In this document: piece after piece, positions 33,743-39,278 of the stretch
How the letters are laid out: the number at the start of each line of letters is the position of its first letter
Position numbering within the stretch: position 1 is the stretch's first letter
Source of the DNA: a virus
Lineage: Duplodnaviria > Caudoviricetes
Virus record (IMG/VR): IMGVR_UViG_3300012347_000137
Coordinates: 1 to 39,278 of that record
DNA length: 39,278 bases
Direction: 5' to 3' (one strand)
Made by a program: the position numbers and the translations under genes
The notes under the pieces: model-generated
Databases searched by the model: none
Seen by the model: the letters and a program-made list of their open reading frames with translations, nothing else
Told to the model about the DNA's origin: nothing

Positions 33743-34789
33743 ATGCCTATTTCAAACGCAGACTTGCAAGAGCTGGCCAAAGTATCTTTGGACGAATACT
33801 TGCGCAACATGCCCGTGGACCAAATCGCCACGGAGCGCCCCCTTCTCAAGAAACTCATGGAAGGCCGCAAATCCTTCTTGGGTGCCAAGCAAAACGTGGT
33901 GGAAAACATCCGTAAAGGCTATGGCTCAAACTTCAACTGGGCTTATGGCGAAGAAACTGTCGCCTTCAACAAGCGCAACACAACTGAGCAAGCCGCATTC
34001 CCGTGGCGTCGTGCCGTTGATGGCTTGTACCTCGACTATGACCGTTTGTTCGGTGCTGGTATCAAGGTGCGCGAAGGCCAACGCGGTGAGTTCAAGTTGG
34101 AGCAAAACGAAAAAGTCCAACTGTTGAACTTGCTCGACGAGCAAATGGAATCTTTGAAAGAAGGTTTCATGCAGAAGCTGGACCTCGAATTGCACCGCGA
34201 CGGTACCCAAGACGCTGACGCCATCGCTGGCCTCGACGTGTTGGTTTCCACTGCCCCAACCACTGGCGTTGTCGGCGGCTTGGATAGCGCGACTGCAACC
34301 TACTGGCGCAACTATGCCAAGACTGGCATTGCGACTGGCACCGTTGGCACATTGGCCACGGAAATGGAAGCAGGCTGGCGCAAGGCCATCAAGGCAGGCG
34401 GCTCGCCAAACTTCATCTTGGCAGGCGGCAAGTTCATCGACGCATACCGCAAGGAAATCGTCGTCACCAACAACGCGCAAGCTGGCACCGCCAAGGTGTT
34501 GGACGCAGGCGTGGGCACTGGTGTGAACACTGGCTTGTATTTCAAGGGCGTGGAAATCATTTGGGACCCACAGTTCGAAGAATTGGATGCGCTGAACAGC
34601 CCCACCGTGCAGTGGGAAAAGCGTTGCTACTTCTTGAACACCAAGCACTTGAAGTACCGCGATGACGACATGGACATCGTGACACCTACACGTCCACACG
34701 ACGTGCTGGCCATGTACGCAATGGTCAACTTGCGCTGCGCACTGTCTACCAGCCGCCGCAACGCTCAAGCTGTCCTCGCCATCGCCTAA
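33743..34789 (+). CDS. Major capsid protein
   Basis: 348 aa from ATG 33743 (RBS GGAG), position in the head module, followed by a terminator. Confidence 0.88.
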   Translation: MPISNADLQELAKVSLDEYLRNMPVDQIATERPLLKKLMEGRKSFLGAKQNVVENIRKGYGSNFNWAYGEETVAFNKRNTTEQAAFPWRRAVDGLYLDYDRLFGAGIKVREGQRGEFKLEQNEKVQLLNLLDEQMESLKEGFMQKLDLELHRDGTQDADAIAGLDVLVSTAPTTGVVGGLDSATATYWRNYAKTGIATGTVGTLATEMEAGWRKAIKAGGSPNFILAGGKFIDAYRKEIVVTNNAQAGTAKVLDAGVGTGVNTGLYFKGVEIIWDPQFEELDALNSPTVQWEKRCYFLNTKHLKYRDDDMDIVTPTRPHDVLAMYAMVNLRCALSTSRRNAQAVLAIA

Positions 34790-34807
34790 ACAGCGATGCA
34801 AAGAATC

Positions 34808-34838
34808 CCCCGGCTGGCTCACCCCAGTCGGGGTTTTT
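34808..34838 (+). terminator. Rho-independent terminator after capsid gene
   Basis: CCCCGGCTGG-CTCACC-CCAGTCGGGG-TTTTT. Confidence 0.85.
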
Positions 34839-34864
34839 GAAACCAAGAACCCTTTGAGGACACC

Positions 34865-35194
34865 ATGACAAAAGTACCACTGATTCAAGTCACTATTCGC
34901 CGCGATGCGAACACCATCACCCCCGTGACCGTGCCCCCTTACGAGCTGACCATCTTGCGCAATATGTTTGGCAAAGAGAACGTCACCGAAGGCGAGCAAG
35001 TTGGCGAATTCGAAGTCGATTCCGCCAGCGAACATGAGCGCCTGAGCGCCAAGTATGGCCAAGGCAAAGTCGTGAAGGTGTACGGCGACGACGAAGGCGA
35101 GCGCTTGACCGAGTTGGTCGAGAAAGCTGCAATCAAGGCAAAGCCCACAAAGGCAGCCGAAAAAGAGGCCGCAGCTCAAGCCGCTGGCAAGTAA
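34865..35194 (+). CDS. Virion-associated hypothetical protein
   Basis: 109 aa after the capsid gene, RBS GAGGA. Confidence 0.7.
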   Translation: MTKVPLIQVTIRRDANTITPVTVPPYELTILRNMFGKENVTEGEQVGEFEVDSASEHERLSAKYGQGKVVKVYGDDEGERLTELVEKAAIKAKPTKAAEKEAAAQAAGK

Positions 35195-35218
35195 TAGCCC
35201 CGCTTAGGAGCAACAAGA

Positions 35219-37315
35219 ATGCAGCCGCAAAAGTACGAACGCACAACCGATTTCACTGAGCGCGATGGTGATGACACCGACCACGCCAGTATCAATGCCG
35301 AGTTCGATGCGGCTGCACTCACCACAGACCAGATTCGCGAGAATCTGGCACTCATTCAACGCGATGATGGTGCCCTGAAAAACGGCATCGTCACCGCTGA
35401 CGCACTGGATGACACGGCATTCGATGCGGTGTTGGTCAACGTCAACGTGGCCGTGAATGACGCGCAGCAATCAGCGACGAGCGCATTGACCTCAGCCACT
35501 ACGGCTTTGGGTGCCCGCGACGCTGCCGTTGCCGCAAAGACGACAACCGAAACCGCGCGCGATGTCACCATTCTCAATGCCAACAATGCCAGCGCAAGCG
35601 CGTTGGCCGCATTGAACAGCCAGACAGCCGCAGCGACAAGCCAAAGCGATGCAGCGGCCAGCAAGGCGTCGGCAACAGCAAGCCAAACCGCAGCAGCAGC
35701 CAGCGCAACAAGCGCAGCAACTAGCGCGACCACGGCAACCACACAAGCAGGCATTGCCACAAGCAAGGCAGCAGATTCATTGGCAAGCGCCACCGCAAGT
35801 GCTTCAAGCGCAGCAGGTGCGCAAACTGCCAAGACCGCAGCAGAAACAGCACGCGATGGCGCACAAACTGCCCGCGCAGGTGCAGAAGCGGCACGCGACA
35901 CCGCAGTGGCTTCAAAAGACGCAGCGGCAGTGTCACAGAGCGCAGCATCATCGAGCGCGTCAAGCGCTGGCACTTCGGCCACCACAGCCACGACTAAGGC
36001 GGCAGAGGCTTCTGCCAGTGCAACCAGCGCAGCGTCGTCGGCAACGACTGCAACTACACAAGCCACAACGGCAACGACCAAAGCCACCGAAGCCGCTGCA
36101 AGTGCAGCGTCGGCATTGGCCAGCAAGAACGCAGCAGCCACAAGCGAAACCAATGCAGCGGCCAGCTCAGTAAGCGCGGCCAACAGTGCAGCGGCAGCGG
36201 CCACGGCACTCGACAACTTTGACGACCGCTACCTTGGCCCCAAGGCCAACGACCCAACACTGGACAACGACGGCAACGCACTGACTGACGGCGCGTTGTA
36301 CTCCAACACAACCACCAAGAAGATGCGCATTTACTTTAATGCGTATGGCTGGATTGACGCCTCAAGCGCGTCGGTGGCTACGTTGGTGACTTATGAGTAT
36401 GTGGCCACGGCTGGCCAAACAACTTTCAGCGGCAATGACGCCAACGGCGTTTCGTTGAGCTACACCGTTGGGGCCGAAGTCGTTTTGGCTCAAGGCGCGA
36501 AGCTAAAGCGTGGCGTGGACTACACCGCGAGCAACGGCTCAAGCATTGTGCTGGTCGAAGGCTTGGGCGTTGGCCAAGAGCTTTCAGTGCTGGCCTTCGG
36601 CAACTTCGCAGTGGCCGACACTTATTTGAAATCGGAAGCCGACGCACGATTTGTGAATGCCACTGGCGACACGATGACTGGCGACTTACAAATTGCTGGT
36701 GCAAAACTTGATTTGCGCTCTGCGCCCGGAGATACAAACGGCCTAAAAGCATGGATGGATTTAAACGGCGTTGGTTATATCAATGCTGGATATTCAGTAA
36801 GCGATTTGGAATTGCAAACCGCAGGAGTTACACGCATTAAGGCATCCAGAAATGGCCATGTGAATATGCCATATCAGCCAATGTTTTCTGCTGGCATCAA
36901 CTCAACATCCGATGCGACTGTTGCTTCTGGCGCATTTGTTAATTTCAACTCTGTATCTGGTGGTGCAGGACAAAACATTGGTGGTCACTTCAACACTGGA
37001 ACCTACAAATTCACCGCGCCAGTTTCAGGAACTTACTTTTTTTCAGCAAGTATTTATTTCACAAACAGTGCAACAAACAATCAGGCGATGCAGGCCGCAC
37101 TAAATGTGAATGGAACATATTTAGGAATTACTGGGGGCGATGCAAGTCACGTAATAGCAGCGACTCCGGGCTCGGTTGGTGGAGTTATTGTTTTAAACGG
37201 CTCATGGGCCGTAAAACTTGCAGCTGGTGACGTTGTTGGAGTTAGCAATAGGTCAGCAGGCAACTTGCGTTTGTACCAAGGCCACTGCGCTTTCAATGGT
37301 TGGTTAATGGGTTAA
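35219..37315 (+). CDS. Tail fibre with Ala/Ser/Thr stalk and C-terminal C1q-like domain
   Basis: 698 aa. N-terminal anchor, A/S/T-rich coiled coil, FDDRYLG.K..DPTLDNDG, ATAGQTTF, and FSA...FNTGTYKFTAPVSGTYFF C1q motif. Confidence 0.85.
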   Translation: MQPQKYERTTDFTERDGDDTDHASINAEFDAAALTTDQIRENLALIQRDDGALKNGIVTADALDDTAFDAVLVNVNVAVNDAQQSATSALTSATTALGARDAAVAAKTTTETARDVTILNANNASASALAALNSQTAAATSQSDAAASKASATASQTAAAASATSAATSATTATTQAGIATSKAADSLASATASASSAAGAQTAKTAAETARDGAQTARAGAEAARDTAVASKDAAAVSQSAASSSASSAGTSATTATTKAAEASASATSAASSATTATTQATTATTKATEAAASAASALASKNAAATSETNAAASSVSAANSAAAAATALDNFDDRYLGPKANDPTLDNDGNALTDGALYSNTTTKKMRIYFNAYGWIDASSASVATLVTYEYVATAGQTTFSGNDANGVSLSYTVGAEVVLAQGAKLKRGVDYTASNGSSIVLVEGLGVGQELSVLAFGNFAVADTYLKSEADARFVNATGDTMTGDLQIAGAKLDLRSAPGDTNGLKAWMDLNGVGYINAGYSVSDLELQTAGVTRIKASRNGHVNMPYQPMFSAGINSTSDATVASGAFVNFNSVSGGAGQNIGGHFNTGTYKFTAPVSGTYFFSASIYFTNSATNNQAMQAALNVNGTYLGITGGDASHVIAATPGSVGGVIVLNGSWAVKLAAGDVVGVSNRSAGNLRLYQGHCAFNGWLMG

Positions 37316-37325
37316 AGGGAAAATC

Positions 37326-37610
37326 ATGCAATACACAATCACACTCAGCGACGCAGAAAACAAAGCCCTTGGCATTGTTGCTCTTGACCAAAATGACTGG
37401 ATTCAAAACGCAGTGCATGAGCGCTGCCGAATCGCCATTGACGAAATCGTTGCTGCCGAAGTGCAACGCAAGCTCGCGGCTGGTGAGCCTATCACTGGCA
37501 CGAAAGACGACATTGTGATGGCTGCTCAGATTGAATCAGCCGCAGAGCGTCAAGCACGCTTTGAGGCCGAAGCCGCAGCCCGCGCAGCCGAGCAAACACA
37601 AGGGGCTTAA
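37326..37610 (+). CDS. Putative tail fibre assembly/accessory protein
   Basis: 94 aa, directly after the fibre gene. Confidence 0.5.
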   Translation: MQYTITLSDAENKALGIVALDQNDWIQNAVHERCRIAIDEIVAAEVQRKLAAGEPITGTKDDIVMAAQIESAAERQARFEAEAAARAAEQTQGA

Positions 37611-37612
37611 TC

Positions 37613-38191
37613 ATGTCGCTGGCACGTTATCTTTCAAAACTTGGGGCGTTGTTGTCTAGCGATGGAAAGGTTCCGGCTGCTGCGCTGGCCGCTGGTGCTG
37701 CTCGCGCAAACTTTGGTGCTGGTGCGGTGTTGCAAGTAAAACAGATTACAAGCGGCTCAGTTGTATCAACAACAAACACAAGTTGGACTGATACAGGAAT
37801 TGCGTTTGCGTTTGACAACGCATTGCAGTCAAACAGTAAGGTACTTGTTTGTTTGGATGTAATGATGGGCCAGATGTATGCAAGCTCATGGGCCTACTTG
37901 GGCTATGTCACCATTAACGAAGGCGGCGTAAATAGAGGTGACGCCTCCTATGGCATCGCTGGTTCAGCTGCAAACCTAGCTGGAAGCGCTCTTACTGGCG
38001 GAATGCAATATGACGTCGAGCGTATGGGTGGTTCATGCCTATTCACCCCAAGCACAACAAGCCCAACTGTAAAACTGTTTTTTAGATGTTCTGACAGCAC
38101 GCTTGGCATAAAACTAAATTCAAACTGGAATGACAGTTCTAGTGCTTACAGAAGCCAGCTTACTGGTTTTATGATGGAGATTGCAGGATGA
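37613..38191 (+). CDS. Short receptor-binding / tail fibre tip protein
   Basis: 192 aa. GAVLQVKQ...TSWTDTG...SKVLV...MEIAG beta-sandwich pattern of phage fibre tips. Confidence 0.65.
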   Translation: MSLARYLSKLGALLSSDGKVPAAALAAGAARANFGAGAVLQVKQITSGSVVSTTNTSWTDTGIAFAFDNALQSNSKVLVCLDVMMGQMYASSWAYLGYVTINEGGVNRGDASYGIAGSAANLAGSALTGGMQYDVERMGGSCLFTPSTTSPTVKLFFRCSDSTLGIKLNSNWNDSSSAYRSQLTGFMMEIAG

Positions 38192-38457
38192 ATCATGCAG
38201 CAATTTACGCAATCTATCCACAAGTCACAACGGTAGACGACACCGCCGGCGCTTTTGATGCGCAAGGAAAAAAAGTTGATATTGACTTGGCTGTTGTCAA
38301 TGCTTGGGTTAACCCAAACGAATACAAGTCTCAACGTGCACGCGAATATCCACCCATCACCGACTACCTCGACGGCGTTGTGAAAGGCGACCAAGCCCAA
38401 ATCAACGCCTACATTGCCGCGTGCCAAGCCGTGAAGGCTAAGTACCCAAAGCCTTAA
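38188..38457 (+). CDS. Tail fibre assembly chaperone-like protein
   Basis: 89 aa. AIYAIYP, YKSQRAREYPPI, AVKAKYPKP. Confidence 0.65.
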   Translation: MNHAAIYAIYPQVTTVDDTAGAFDAQGKKVDIDLAVVNAWVNPNEYKSQRAREYPPITDYLDGVVKGDQAQINAYIAACQAVKAKYPKP

Positions 38458-38472
38458 CGAAAGCCCAGCCGC

Positions 38473-38724
38473 ATGATGACGCCCGAAGAACGCCACGAAC
38501 TTGTTTTAGAAATCACGCACGCGCTCGCATGTTCGCAGCCAGCGCCGCAGCTCACCGACGAAGAAGTGCAGTATGTGAAGCTCGCCATTCAGCGTGAAGC
38601 ACAAAGCATCGAGCTTCGCAAAGCCATCATCGAGAAAACCATCACTGGTTTGATTTGGCTGGCGTTGCTTGGTTTGGGCGGCATCTTCTTGGAGTGGGCC
38701 AAGGCTCACGGATTCAAGCCTTAA
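38473..38724 (+). CDS. Small single-TM protein (holin/antiholin-like)
   Basis: 83 aa, coiled coil followed by one C-terminal TM segment. Confidence 0.5.
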   Translation: MMTPEERHELVLEITHALACSQPAPQLTDEEVQYVKLAIQREAQSIELRKAIIEKTITGLIWLALLGLGGIFLEWAKAHGFKP

Positions 38725-38733
38725 AGGACAAAC

Positions 38734-39278
38734 ATGCAAGCCCAAGCCTACAACCGAACAAAGAACTTTCTCGAAAACAACTCAGCCAGCACGGACCACG
38801 GTTCGCTCAATGCTGAGTTGGACAAGGTTGCAACTTCAATCAACACGCTGCGCGATAACGCTGCGCTGATTCAGAAGGACGACGGCACTTTGGCCAACGC
38901 CATCGTCGAGCTGGCCAACTTGACTGACGAAGCCGTTGCCGCGCTGGCTATCCCCGGCCCGGCTGGTGTTCAAGGCCCGGCGGGTCCACAAGGCACGCAA
39001 GGTATTCAAGGCGTGAAGGGCGACACGGGTTCATCGTTTGATGCGGACGTGCGCGACCTCGCTGCCAACAAGTCGCTCTACAACCTGCAACCCAAGGGCT
39101 TTTCGTTCTTGGCAATGGACACCGGGTTTTTATATTTCAAGTTGTCGGCCACAAGTGGCGACTGGTCCACTGGCGTGCAGTACGGCAAGGGCGACACGGG
39201 TGCGCAAGGCCCAGCAGGCGCACAAGGCATCCAAGGCATTCAGGGCTTGCAAGGCATTCAAGGTGTTGCAGGTGCCAA
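38734..39278 (+). CDS. Second tail fibre with collagen G-X-Y repeats (5' part, 230 aa in total across the junction)
   Basis: RBS AAGGA, ATG 38734. N-terminus paralogous to the 35219 fibre, GPAGVQGPAGPQGTQGIQGVKGD repeats. Missing from the ORF track because it runs off the end. Confidence 0.88.
   Translation, partial: MQAQAYNRTKNFLENNSASTDHGSLNAELDKVATSINTLRDNAALIQKDDGTLANAIVELANLTDEAVAALAIPGPAGVQGPAGPQGTQGIQGVKGDTGSSFDADVRDLAANKSLYNLQPKGFSFLAMDTGFLYFKLSATSGDWSTGVQYGKGDTGAQGPAGAQGIQGIQGLQGIQGVAGA
39224..39278. repeat. 55-bp terminal overlap, copy 2
   Basis: Identical to 1-55. Confidence 0.95.

Noticed and set aside
33926-35179. 417-aa minus-strand ORF (likewise 4454-5485, 15885-16733, 30411-31202)
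   Set aside because: Antisense to well-supported genes, explained by codon bias, no recognisable motifs.
35356-36216. 286-aa minus-strand ORF
   Set aside because: Antisense shadow of the Ala/Ser/Thr-rich fibre stalk, with low-complexity Ala/Val/Leu content and no supporting signals.
35219-38457. Diversity-generating retroelement or invertible tail-fibre cassette
   Set aside because: No reverse transcriptase, TR/VR repeat pair, invertase or inverted crossover sites seen.

Overview
The window is the complete genome of a temperate podovirus-type phage. The first 55 nt exactly repeat the last 55 nt and an ORF reads through the join, so the unit length is about 39,223 bp. The host is probably a Comamonadaceae/Burkholderiales bacterium, inferred from the SSB sequence. 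Gene order: tail adaptor, nozzle and ejection genes with a 2,613-aa polyvalent protein (214-14071); holin and endolysin; attP, a complete tRNA-Ser(TGA), integrase and excisionase; a leftward early operon (ERF, exonuclease, SSB, DUF2303, MazG-like); a lambdoid cI/cro switch with about nine 16-bp operators; a rightward replication/nin-like operon with iterons; terminase, portal, scaffold and capsid; several tail fibre genes. Main unannotated signals: (1) an attP whose apparent core is only the tRNA-Ser anticodon loop, with a whole replacement tRNA-Ser beside it; (2) a ~260-nt structured capsid mRNA leader with four related hairpins and a stem over the RBS; (3) a late-promoter motif AAATATCCGCC-N18-TAnnn(T) found three times, with no recognisable Q or activator gene; (4) no GATC, CCWGG or CTGCAG sites found by eye; (5) no spanin, but an unannotated +9 cationic peptide. 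All family calls come from motif recognition by eye, with no database search.
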